Part shown: in pieces, positions 26,595-39,401 of the stretch | How positions within the stretch are numbered: the stretch's first letter is position 1 | Layout of the letters: each line of letters starts with the position of its first letter | Assembly (NCBI GenBank): GCA_028023455.1 | Contig: JAQFVV010000004.1 | Location: 22,878,001-22,942,000, forward strand | Length of the DNA: 64,000 bases | From: Epiperipatus broadwayi | Taxonomy: Eukaryota > Animalia > Onychophora | Reading direction: 5' to 3' | Translations under genes and position numbers: made by a program | The notes under the pieces: model-generated | What the model was told of the DNA's origin: nothing | What the model saw: the letters and a program-made list of their open reading frames with translations, nothing else | Databases searched by the model: none

Positions 26595-28156
26595 ATGTTG
26601 TTAGGATAAAGCAGTATTCCTGAATTTAGTATGGAAAATGTCGAGGAATGGCCTCTCTATATTACGTAATTGCAAAATTTTTTCAAGTTGAACGGGATAA
26701 AAGATAATGAAAAAAAAGTGGCCACACTTTTATATTTAGCTGGACGTAAAGTCATAGAAATTGTTAATAAAATATGGGACGGACCGATAACCGATGGAGT
26801 ACAGTTTGAAGATATAGTTAAAAAATTAACGGACTATTTTAGCCCGAAGCCGTCTAGACATGTAGTGAGATTAACTTTTAGAAATAGAAAGCAAGCCAGG
26901 GAAGAAAAAATTAAAGACTATGATATAGTATTAAAACAGTTGGCAAAAGACTGCGATTATGGCGAATTTTTAGAACAAGCTTTGCTGGATCAATTATTGT
27001 GGGGAATGTACAATGAAATATTGCGAATGACGTTGTTAACGGAAAGTGACTTATCATACGAAGTGGCTATTAAAAAAGGAATAGCATATGAAGCAGTAAT
27101 TGAGCAAGCCATAGCTTTTAGAAACAACTCAGAAGAGACCAGCAAAATGGCAGTTTATAAAATAGATCAAAAGCAGCCAAAGAATGAAAATATAAAGAGA
27201 GAGACAATGTTAGCAGTGAAATGTTTCTGCTGTGGTAAAACTGGTTATGTATCTAAGAATTGCAAATGGAGAAAAGAAAACTGTTTTAACTGAGATTTAA
27301 AGGACATTTAGTAGCTGTATGCAAAAAACCACGTCAAACAAAATGTAATCCAGATACAGATGGTACAACGTATACCATTAACTATATATCAACTAAGGGG
27401 CAAAGAATTGCCATGCGAGATAGGACCATTTTGCAAAGACAAAGAGAGATCACTAAACTACAAGAATTGGAGTCAAGGAACCAAGAATTAGCTATCATGC
27501 TTCAGAAAAAAATGCAATCTGAGCTACAACTCAACTTGCAGTTACAAGAACTGAAAAGTTATAATTCCAAAGTACAAAGTGAACTGAAAGGATTTCAAGT
27601 AAGATTGAAGACTTCTAGACAACGAGTAACAGAATTAGAATGTAGTGTAACCAATACGAGCATTGCTAGTCAACAATATGTTAAGATGACTAAAGAACTA
27701 TCAAAAGAAGTGCAAAAATTAAAACTGGATGTTTATGAATTAAATAAATTAAAAGAAGAACCTGAACAACAAAATTCAGAACTTAGTGAAAAATTACAAA
27801 GCAAATTTTCAGAATGTTAGAGTTTTGAAGGATCGAATGAAGATTTAAAAAGTGAACTCACCATGTCAGAATTATCCGAACAAAGGGAACTACAAGAAAG
27901 GATGGCCAAAGGTGAAAGTGAAACAGATGCTTTCATGGATTTTTTGGAAGAGCACCAATCGTGGGACAGTGAGCTGACAGAGACAAAAACCGAGGAACGG
28001 GAAAAAACCCAGAGTTTCTCCAAGCAGGAGAAAAAAACACTCAAAGTGGCGAGGAAAAAGAAGAGTACACAAGTTTCAAGGTTATATCGATTAATCGGAA
28101 AAATCAAGTGTTTCTCCAGGCTGAAAAAAGAAATCGCCCAGACCTGTATGGGATAA
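26595..28156 (+). pseudogene. Disrupted Gag - two CCHC knuckles - coiled-coil ORF (~520 aa when repaired)
   Basis: ATG at 26595 is in frame with ORF 26670-27293, with TAA stops at 26607 and 26667. A 1-nt shift near 27290 continues KGHLVAVC in frame with ORFs 27413-27820 and 27863-28156, which are separated by one TAG at 27818. Confidence 0.75.
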
Positions 28157-28210
28157 AAGAAAATGCGCAGATTAGATGATAATGTGTAACATAAATAAAC
28201 TCTAACTTCT

Positions 28211-28227
28211 GGAGTGAGAGGAGGAAG
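28211..28227 (+). promoter_or_regulatory. Polypurine tract
   Basis: ggagtgagaggaggaag lies immediately before the 3' LTR. Confidence 0.8.
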
Positions 28228-28713
28228 TGTTGTATTCGTTTGTTGAGAAATAAACAGCAAGTTTATTAGAGACAATTTACTCCAGAAGTTTTCATTTATT
28301 TTAATTAAAAATAAAAATAACTAATTATAATGGAAATAATTATAATTAAAAACAAGTTGTGGGGTTTATTTTTATCAGAGATAAAAATAACTAATTAAAG
28401 TTAAGAACAATCAAAATGGAGTTGGAAAACACGCGATTAAGTTTTCGGAATGTAGCAGATAAGACTTAACAAAAGAACTCAGAGGGATATATAAACTGCT
28501 AGAGGAAAACATCGCGCACTTGTTACAGTCTTGTTAACAGAAGAAGTTGGATACGTAAAGCTGTTAAGAGCTATTTGCGGCACAATGGTTTTAAGAGCTG
28601 TTCAGCCGAGTTTTATATATTTTAGCTATAATTCTTTGTACTTGTTTATGTTATCGATCGGATTGTAAGTGTTTTTCTACCCCTCTGAAAAACTTAGGGG
28701 TGAAGACATTACA
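28228..28713 (+). repeat. 3' LTR (486 bp)
   Basis: Direct repeat of 26019-26503, followed by TSD ggtag. Confidence 0.95.
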
Positions 28714-31700
28714 GGTAGGACAACATTAGGCGAACTATAAGTTATCTTTAGGCACTTACTTCACCAGTGATTACATTTTGAGATAGTGATAACAACTCAA
28801 CTAACATTAACAGTTAGAAAATCATCATAAAATATCTATCAGTGGTGAATAATTTTCTTATTAGCTGCAATTGATAAACGATAATGATAATTTATAGTTT
28901 TTCAATGCTGGTTACCTTTGTTTCACCAAGAAATTTGAAGTTTTCTTTTCTCACTAGAGACTTCTGCTACTTCTTTGAGGAAATTGCCTTCAAATATTGG
29001 GAAGTAACAATTGAATTTCTCTATCATTTAGTACCATTTTAATTGCAACTGCAATGTAAAATTACACTGGTGAGGTTTTCATCTCATTTTATATCTATTC
29101 TCCTTTTACATGATAATTTGTGTTCACCTGAAAATGAAAATAAGCTATTTCTTGTTTCAAAATCATGATGACATGTTGGTTTTTCAATCAATCTCTTCAC
29201 AAATTGATTACAAAAAAAAAAGATTAATTGAAATTACATTTTTCATTTCATCTTTGAACAACATTTTAGTTTATAAAAATTGAAATTTATAAAATTAATT
29301 CTTAAATTTCTTAAATGATTTTTGATATAGATACATATCTGATAATGTTAAAAATTTTAATAACTTGGATTATTATACAAAATCATCGATAACTTCTAAT
29401 ATGTTCACATATATCTTTTATTTTTTTCTTTATTTAATAAGTGATTTTTTTAATGGTTTTTCACTTTCTTGATTAAATTGTATAACTTCATAGTTATACA
29501 TTTTATTACTAGTTTATATAAAGATACTATTATAATACGTTACATCTAACTATTTTTAATTAAAGGTAATCCAAGGATGAAAACACATTCAACTGCTCAC
29601 TATCTGGTAATAGGCAAGCAGAGTAAAAAATATTTTTTTTCACTGTTCTTTTATGAAAAGCTGTTGTCCTCCAGTGAGTTATCTAAGAGCTGGTTCATCT
29701 TTTATAATGCATTGTTTGATAAAAAAAAATTCCCATATAAGCATATTATTGATTTATAAAATTACAACCCTCTTTCAGTACTGTATCAGATGAGAAGTTT
29801 GAGTAGCCATTTTTATAGTTGTCTGTGTATGTAAATTATTGTTAGACAGTTTTAATGCAAGAAATTTTTGTTAATATATAGATTTAATTTATCCTCAATA
29901 GTTTTTTGTATGTTTAGTAAATTCTTTTATATATATTGTAATGATCAGACTAGCATATTCCACAATTGCTTTAAGCATCAGGAAATAAACTAACATATAT
30001 ATTTAAAACAATATTTTATTCGATATAATAATGTAACCATTACACAGCCTCATTTGTAATGCTGGGTTAAATCGCGGAGATCATAAGTTACTCCCGATGG
30101 ATAATGGTAGACTAAGCAATCTTACATAAACAAAATAACAAATCGTGCAATAATAATTTATTTACATGTGTACTTATTAATTGATGTACATTTTATTTTC
30201 TTTAATAAAATTAACAAATCATATAACAATTTACTTACAAAATATAATCATTAATTGATATGCAGTTTATTTCTTTGACAAAATTCATTAATTTTTATAC
30301 ATCATAGTATCAATATATTTATAGATAATGTCACATTAACTGTACTGTTAACCCTGCTTTCAATAAAGTTAAATATAATTCTACATATGTATGAATTCAT
30401 AAATATAACATTTCTTTGATTCGCATGTCTCCTAGTATTTACATATACATATGCTTTGTATGGGATAAATATCAATGCTATCTTTATTACAATAATCACA
30501 CTGATCTTTTTAGATCCTATTCCTAAACATTATCGCTTAGATAATAATAACAATAAAGGGATGATCTTTTCGTCTGAACCCTAACTGAATAAATCTTCTA
30601 TACAATAATTATAAGAAGTGGCCTTTTTGGTTCTAAACCTAATATAATACAATTACAATTTATACAGGGTTAATTCATTCTGAGATCGATCCCTAATTCA
30701 TCAAACTGATAGGAATATATTTTCCCATATGGATGCAAACATATGTGAACTATTAAACATTGAATAAACAACTGCACACATAAAAATCCATTTACATAAA
30801 ATCCAATTTCAGCAATCAAATATAAGTTGAACTATGAACAAATGAGACTAATGGAAATAATTATATTATTAACTGTAATTATTTGTGACTTTGACAATTT
30901 ATATGACTACATTGCATTTACATGATTATCATTATTTATTTTCCTTTTATTAATAATTATATATAATTCACAAACTTAGTGTACATATGTGATATATAAT
31001 AATTATTATTTTTTTACTTTAAAAAATAATTTTATCAAATAAAGAGAAGTTTTTACAAATTCTTTTTTTTTAACTAACAGTTTCTTTTAAATAATATCTG
31101 ATAACAAGCATTATTTACAAATTCCGATTATTTAAAACAAATGCAAATCACTCTTTAAATATAAGACTCACCCAAAACAAAATAACTATCATTTCTTTCT
31201 GTCTGACAAATATTAAAAGATTGTTTACAGCAATATTTAATATAGTCTTATAACTCATAACTGTCTTTTAAATAAGCTTCATTTGAGCTGGAATTATTCA
31301 AAATATGATTCAAAAGTGTTCCAGATTAGATCTAGCTAACTGTTAGTAGTGTTTTTTTTTATTCACAAAGTATAGTGAAGGTCCTGGATTTGAATAAAGT
31401 AATAATCCTTTCTTGATACAAAAGAAAAGAAAAAATCTAATTTTTACATCCAAAACTTAGTTTTCTTTCCAACCTCATTTTAATTCCTTTTTTTTTTTTT
31501 AATCAAATTTGTTGAAATGAATAATAGATTATTCATTTCAATATCAAACATGCCCATTATATAAAATTAGAAACAGATTGAGCATTAAAAATTTGTAAGG
31601 CATTATTACAGTCTATTATTTTCTTGGACTATTCTGTTCAATCTCTTTTTAACTTTGAGCTTGGCTAAATGAGGTGCAGTTATTTTTCTGTTTACAATAT

Positions 31701-32129
31701 TTAAATAATATTAGCAAATAAGAGATTTAAATTTTGGAAAAACTATTAAATACCAATGCTGACCATCAGATTTTATATAATTAGCTAATAGTGGTATCAC
31801 TTGCTATGTTAGATATTAAAGTGTATGCATTGGATAACACTATGGACATTAGTTGCTAATGCTACCAGATTGTCAAGAATGCTTTTTGGTTGATTGAACT
31901 TTTTCTGACAGAAAGGATTGATCAGTGTAAATAATAAGATAAGAATTAAATGTGGATTCCAAGTGAGACAGTTTTAAAATTGAAAATGGCCGTTAATCGG
32001 AGATAGAAGAAAACTTAACCTTTTTCAATTTTAAGGACCTCTAGCTGCATGATTATAGAACTTCAAGATTCATGTGGTGTAGAAAAAGATATTAGTGGTG
32101 ATAAAAGTGGACAAATATATATTTTTGTT

Positions 32130-34350
32130 ATATATAGTGTAACGAGCACAGACGTTCGTTACATTGTTGTTGTTTTTTTATTATTTATTAAACATGAAAG
32201 TAAATTAAAAAGTTCGCATTTAAAAATTTTCTTTAAGAATTAAAAATTGAAATTAAATATCATCTTAAACTCTTATATATTAAATCGCACAGATAATGAA
32301 AAATTATTAAAATAAAAATTTATTAAAGAAAAAGTATTTTAAAACTAAATTTTAAAAAGATTTGGAGATAAAATTATATCTTTAAATTTATCTTTAAATA
32401 TATTTTTGATTTGGAAAACAGGTTAATTAATCAGAAATGGAAATGATTGTTAATTAGTTAAATGTAAACCAGCCTTGGGCATTTAAAATGTAAAAACATC
32501 AGTCAGATAGGAAAACAATAGAAACTTTCAGCAAATGAAATAAATCCATTGGGAAATCGGACCTCAACGAAAAGGATCATCTCATCGATGACGTAATGTT
32601 AAGTCAATCCTTCGAATACGTATAAAAGGAAAATTTGGAAATTATTAATTAGTGACTAGTTATTGATGATTATTACGATGTAACAGCTAGGTGTTAGTGC
32701 TGAGGGGATTGAAAAAGACGCACAGCTTCAATCCCTTCAGTTCTGCTAAGAAAGGAAGAAAAATGAACCATCGTTTCTACATTGAGGACCAACTACACTA
32801 AAAAATCTCCGGATGGATAAATAAATCGGCCAACAGGATACCAATCTTCGGACGACGTGGGAATTCACGTTCAAACGGCAAGGAATATATGAAGATGAAC
32901 TATTTAAATAACCGTAAGAACTTTAAAATTTATGAACAGTAAATTAAAAACTTTTCCAGATTTAAATGATTGCAATATTATTCTATCTGACCAACATTAT
33001 TTATTAATTAGTTATAATTTTATTTAATGTATTTATTTTGTAAAATCATTTCCATTTATTTATTTTTTGTTCTTTAAGTTTTATTATGATTTTTGTTTTC
33101 CGTTAAATTAATTATAAAAATGTTAAACTTAAGTCGGGCGTGAATGGCTGTATAGATTTGTAAAGTTATATTAGGGGAGGGTAATCTTAGGTTATTTATG
33201 TCGTTGTTAGATTGGGTCAATGGATTGGATATATTGATGTAGTTAGTAGATGTGATCGGAGATTCGCTACTGGCAGAATCGTTTATATATACGCCGCACT
33301 CACCCGTTTGCCTATGGAAGGAATTATAAGACGGAGAACGCAGTTCCTTTCTATGGAGTTTTTTTTTTATTGTTCTTCTCGTTAGATAGATGTAATATTC
33401 CTATCTGATTGAGAGTCAATGTCTTTTCTTAATTCTTTTGGTGCTGCCGTATTTCGTATTACATTGAATACATCGATGTATCAGATGGATTGATGCCAGT
33501 TTGACTGCGAATTTTAGCCTAAGGTTAAATAGGGATAGAATATTTTAATTTCAATGCAAATCTATGTAGTATTCATACTCGATTCTAAATAAAAATGCAT
33601 TAAATTTAAGTTGTTTATAGACGCTTGCATGGATTGTTTATCGGTTAACTATGTTTTGCGTTTTCATATTTGATCAAAATATATAGACATTCGATAAATA
33701 ATGATACCTTACGGTGAGTATCTAAAATGTATTTATTCGGATGTCTTTTAAGTTATTGGTGACAATGCAAGTATCTTATGGTGAATACTATTGGGTTACA
33801 TATAAATTTCCCTCCGCAATTGTCAGTAATCAATAATTTTATATTTTGATCGCTTATGTTTACTTTGGAATGTTTTTAACCGTGTAATCTATGTAACCGA
33901 TCTATAGCAACTTATTATAACAAGCTTTTATAATCCCATCTGTGCGAACTTAATTAAAATGTAAAATTAGAATGTAATAGTAATTAAAGGTAAATTAAAG
34001 TCAAAAATCAAAGTTAAAAAAATAATGTTAAATGTTAAAATGTAAAACTAATAATAAAATAATTTTAAATCTTATATATATGTGCATAAATAAATGTTTG
34101 TATGCTAATTACTGGCAGTGGCTTATTTTATTTATTTTTTAATGTTGAAATCTAATTAGATAAGATATGATATTATTAAATCTCTGCTACTCCCTGAGCT
34201 AGTGACATGGGCTAACGACCGGATGAAAAAAAAAAAAAAAATTTTTTTTTTTTTTTGACTTACGTATCTGCCTACTTTATAAATTTTTCTAGGTTCAAAT
34301 GCCTAGATGGCGCCCTGTAGTGCAGTTTACGTTAAGTACCTTTCTCCGGA
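32130..34350. promoter_or_regulatory. CpG-retaining intronic island, candidate promoter/enhancer region
   Basis: Roughly 17 CpGs in 32530-32920, against near absence in most intronic DNA. Inr-like TCAGTC at 32499, a + strand gtaag donor at 32914, and a - strand GTAAGT donor at 34263. No transposon hallmarks recognised. Confidence 0.4.
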
Positions 34351-34929
34351 TCGTTACAATAGATTTTGTTTAGATGACAGTAGTGGGAGAAAAGTTAGAA
34401 GATGATGTGAAATGGAATATGTAAATGCCTTAATTTTGTAGAACCCACAGCCAAAATTCTATGTGTTAAATTTGCAGTATTTGTTCAGATTTTTTCCCCT
34501 CATTATTAAAGATATTATTTTTTCAAACTGATAGTACAATTTTAAAACTGTTTTCAGCAAATTGGAGCATTTCTTTAGCCAAAAAATAGCACTGCTCCAT
34601 CTCTTAATATAATGTATATGTTTTCAAAAATGCTTAAAAGTTTTATTGTAAATTGTGAATATCTGTTTGATAATCTTGCAGTAATATGTCAATATGTCAT
34701 GAAATATCTTTATAAGGAAATACTAAATTATTTTGTACTTCCTCTTAGATATATATTTAGTCTTTTTTTTTGTTGTTCAAAGTGATTATTAGAAATTTAA
34801 TTATTTATGATTTATATCTTTCGTGCTAAAATTATGTGTATAAAAAGTATGGTTAAATGTCTATTGATTTAAGAATTTTTTTTTCCAATATATATAAATC
34901 TGTTTGTATGAATGATTATATATTTTTTA

Positions 34930-36500
34930 ACTAAGGGGCCCTGTGCAGTATTTTTAATTCTGGTAAAAATTAAAAATGTAATTATTTAATATTTATAAGT
35001 GGAAAAAATGTTTTAAACTTAATTTAAAATTATAAAATTTATCAATGTGGAATCAATAAAAAGTTTGAATTGATAAATTTTTTTCTGATAAATAACATTA
35101 GAATCAAACTATATTTTTATTCTCTTAGGGGTTTCTAAGCAGTATTTTTAATTATTGTATTTTTGCAAAGAGATAAGTTTCTTTTACTCAGCTTTAAAAA
35201 AAATAATTATTTAATATTTAATTTAATTGAAATTTATAATAGCTTAGACTATCTATATAAAAGCATTTTCATGAATTTAAATTGAGTACTCACCAATGTT
35301 AGCATCTTTCATTAGCAGTCTATATTTTAAGTTTTTTTTTTTATTGATTAAAAAGTTTTGAATTAATGTGCGATACAATCCACTACAAATTATCTTCATA
35401 GTCTAAATCCTCTTCTATGTTTTGCAAAATAGAAAGCAGTAATAATAATATAAAAATGAAAATATGCTATTTCTTGAAGTTTTTCAGTTCTAAACAGTTT
35501 TATGTTTATTTCAGAGCACATGCCTAAGAATTTATATTCCAGACTGCATGTCTAGAGGTTGATGAAACCATTTAAAAATAGATTATAGATACACATTTGT
35601 GTGTGTGTTGCACAGACATGATTTTATATTGTACTTTTAAATAGGTGTTCATTGTTTATTAATATATTTCACTTTATATTTTTAGAAAATAAATATTTTA
35701 AGAATAAAAAGAACAATTTTAAATGTATTCCATATTTATGTGCTATTTTTTCATGTCTGATAATTTTTGGAAATGCTGTATATAAAAAAATTAATGTATT
35801 GTTGTTTGAGGAGATTGCCAAATAAAAAGGATTTTCATTTTCCTTCTCTGTACTTATTGAAATATTGAAAATATATTATTTACTAATGGAAAAGCTAACT
35901 ATGTGCTGGATTTAATATTTCAGAGTTAGGACCTCTATGCAGTATTTTTAATTGTTGTAGGCTTAAGTTTCTTTACTACTCAGCTTTAAAAAATGTAATT
36001 ATTTAATACTTATGAAAGGTAAAAATATTTTAAATGTAATTTAAAATTATAAAAGTTTAACACTGTGAAATTGCTAAAAAAATTTCCGATAGTTTGTTTT
36101 ATTCAGCTTTAAAAAATTTAGTTATTTAATATTTATATGTGATAAAAACCATTTGCTAACTTAAATTGAGTACTGACCTAGCTTTGGCATTAATTATATA
36201 ACAATAGTATTTATTTCCAGTCGGATAAATATACCAGTTTTTTTTTTTATTACTTAAATAAAATTTTGATTTAATATGCAATATAAAAATGTTTTTCCAC
36301 TTCAAATTATCTTTGTGACTGTTATCTTGCAAATTAGGAAGTGGTAACAATTCATAAAAGTCATAGCTAGCTACTTGAATTTTTTCAGTTTTAAACATCT
36401 TTATATTTATTTTAGGCACATGTCCACAAATTTAGTTAATGAAACACAAAAATTTGATATATACATACAGGCAGAGCCTAATGTAAGTTTATATAAATAA
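34930..36500 (+). repeat. Diverged tandem duplication (~0.9-1 kb period)
   Basis: Recurrent blocks: gcagtatttttaatt (~34944, 35139, 35939), aaattgagtact (~35279, 36163) and ttttcagtt.taaaca...gcacatg.c (~35480, 36382). Confidence 0.55.
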
Positions 36501-38201
36501 CTTATTAAATATATATTTTAATAATCTAATAAATATTCAAATTAGTTTTTTATTTTTAGATGGTTTGTGACATATTCAGTTTCTGAATGTTGGACATTTC
36601 TTATTTATTGAAGTTGTTGGTGATTTGTTAGTTTTAGTTTTAATTAGCATTTACTTTTGATTTTTTTTTATATAGTATGTTTATAAAAAAAATTTTTTTT
36701 ATAATTCATCTATTGATTTAAAACTAATTGAAAGGAATCGAATTATAATATGGTTGCATCAGCACTAACTAATATATCAATGAATGCTTTAAAATTAATT
36801 AGAAGCAGAAAGCTTCTTTTTGAACAAAAGCTGATCTTCATTTTATTGCCATGTAGCTTGAGTAATTAATGATTACAGATACTAATAAAATCTATTCCTA
36901 TTATTTGAATCCTAGACTTCATTGATAAAGACAACAGCCTGATGGATGTAAATACTAGGGATAGGAATTTTATGTGCATATGAAAATCAATGATTATATA
37001 TATATCTGATTTTATATGCATCTGGTAATATACTGATGATAATAGAATAGAGAACTTTTGTCGTATAATGTTTAAGTTAAATGTTTGGTGGTTTGTTATC
37101 ATTATTTCTTTCAAACAATTGTATAAAATCCTTGTATTATTTAATAAATTTATGATATAGAAGAACAAATCTTCATATCTAGAATGTATATCTTTGTTAT
37201 CTTTTTCTATTTTGCTGTGCTTTCTTTTATTTATATTGTGTTTTTACTATTTTAATGTCTTATCATGTGGGATAATATTAGTAATGGTCAATCACAAATA
37301 TATCAAAAATAAAACTTATTTTCAAAAGTATAAGAAGCAATCATATTCTATTTATATCATCAAGAGAAATTGACTTTTATTTGATGGCAATTTAATAATA
37401 ATAATAATAATAATAATAGATAAATAACCATGTATCCACACTTTTGCCATATGTTGAACTATGTATATGTGTACTGACATATATTTCAAACATTTTTTAA
37501 GAATATTTTGTATGATAGTATATATATTATGAAGTATTTTATTATTCTTTCACCTTATATCTTCTTTATGCATTAATTAATTTTATAAAATAAATAAATT
37601 GCCTGTTTTTAGTCATTATATAATCCTATATTTTATTTTTTTTACTCCATCAATTTCTTCAGAGCTAAAATATATGAACTATACATGAATATATACAGAG
37701 ATATATAAAAAAGAATGCAATGTACAATCAATTATAATGTTTACATGGATTGGATAATTTGTGTTTATATACAATTATATATTTTAGCCCTGAAGAAAAC
37801 CATTGGTCACTTGAAACTATAAGATTGATGAAATAAAAAATAAAATATAGCTTTATATAAATGATTAAAGAAAGAGAGATTTATTTATAGTATATATATC
37901 CTATAATTTTGTCATATTATTATGCACATCAAATATATATTTATTATACAAATATTCATATATAAACATTTCTTTTTTAAACCTTTATTAAAATAAATAG
38001 AATATATATAATAATTGTTCATACAAGCACATCTTACAAAAATAAGTCTATAATAATGCATGAAAATAAATCTTTTTTAAAAAGAAAAAAGCTAAAATTC
38101 TATTTGATTTATTTTAACAATTGTTTATTTGTTTGCATTATGTAAATTGTTTTTTTCATTCTGTTATAAATTGTCTTATATTTATTTTTTAAAATTTTTA
38201 G

Positions 38202-38375
38202 TATGTGGCTGCCAGTTCAGGATCGGCTCAGTCTGATTTTGAAAAACTTGCCACAATTCTCAAAGAAATTCCTGAGATTGAATACATTTGCCTTGATGTT
38301 GCTAATGGCTACTCTGAACATTTTGTTGATTTTGTTAAACATGTGCGAAAGCATTTCCAAACTCATACTATATTT
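38202..38375 (+). CDS. GMPR: GMP reductase, internal coding exon (174 nt, phase 0/0): YVAASSGSAQSDFEKLATILKEIPEIEYICLDVANGYSEHFVDFVKHVRKHFQTHTIF
   Basis: Flanked by aaaatttttag and gtaag. Contains the GMPR signature ICLDVANGYSEHFV. Size matches the recalled human exon 4 (174 nt). Confidence 0.96.
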
Positions 38376-38824
38376 GTAAGTATTCTTTTAGTATTAATTT
38401 ATATACATGTAGATCAAAAAGAGAAAAAACTATTTGAATAATTTGATTAGGGAGGAAGTTTTTGCTAGAATTAAAGCAATATCTCTCCCTGTATGGGTAA
38501 TTAACCAGTTATGTAATCAATAAATTACAGAGCTATATTTTATAATATTATGAATATGTGAATTTAAATGCTCTTTATTAATTCATTTAAAAATTAAGAT
38601 ATATATTATATAATAGCCAAATTCTGAATTATAAAACTATGATAATACAAGACTCTCAGAAACTGTTTCAGGAAATATACGTTCATTAACTGTATCAAGT
38701 CTCAATATCATTAATTTAAGATTTGTAAAATTGTCATGGTTTGCAACTCAGAATTTGATTATTATATAACACCATGTATTAGATAAATAATGAACTAATA
38801 GAGGCCTTTTAAATGCATTTACTC

Positions 38825-39335
38825 ATAATATTAATTCTAATATTTTCACGGATAAATGATGATTTCATATTATTATTATTTTCGGGATATTCCGTGTAGT
38901 AAAATAGCTAAATATTAGAAAGGAAGAATACATTTTGGCAGTCAGATAAAAATCCAATTCATCAGCTATTTATTCTCATGTAAAATTAACTAATCATGAT
39001 ATCAATTTTGATAAAAGAAGTATTCTAGCAAAAATTAAACAGTATGACCAGAGATTGCTAAGAGAAGTTATAGAGATTTTTAAAAGGTCCAAATGAAAGG
39101 TGTGAATTAAAGAAGATTAATTGGAAGATAAAATAAATTTTAAAATTTCTCAACCAATAGAATTTAAGTTATGAGGAGAAACAAAAAGATAAAAATGATT
39201 TAAAATCTCGTATGCATTCCTATGATTTGAGAAAGAGAATGCTATGAGGAAGGTACTTGTTATTGTACCGAAATGTCAGCTATTTAGCTATTTTACTACA
39301 CGGAATATCCCGAAAATAATAATAATGAAATCATA
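38825..39335 (+). mobile_element. Penelope-like element 3' fragment (GIY-YIG tail + pLTR) with 5' inverted terminal piece
   Basis: 38961-39083 encodes SAIYSHVKLTNHDINFDKRSILAKIKQYDQRLLREVIEIFK, like the C-terminal half of PLE GIY-YIG endonucleases. ~38864-38914 is the reverse complement of ~39281-39331. Confidence 0.75.
39240..39281 (+). ncRNA. Degenerate minimal type I hammerhead ribozyme, copy B
   Basis: TGCT-ATGAGGA-A-GGTAC-ttgttatt-GTACC-GAAA-TGTC-AGCT. Only C3 of the CUGANGA core is altered. Confidence 0.65.
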
Positions 39336-39401
39336 TATATATATTCATAGTACTGTATTATTTTTGGGAGCTTCCATGTAATAAAAATATAATAGCTAAA
39401 T

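Larger units (their letters stand above)
26019..28713 (+). mobile_element. Complete non-autonomous LTR retrotransposon (Mag-like gag, no pol), 2695 bp
   Basis: Two TG...CA LTRs, 5-bp TSD ggtag (26014-26018 and 28714-28718), PBS and PPT present. The 1.7-kb interior has no RT, RNase H or integrase motifs. Confidence 0.93.

Noticed and set aside
32020-32050. Possible minus-strand first coding exon MQLEVLKIEK followed by GTTAAG
   Set aside because: The donor is weak, the exon is only 10 codons, and no downstream minus-strand exons could be identified.
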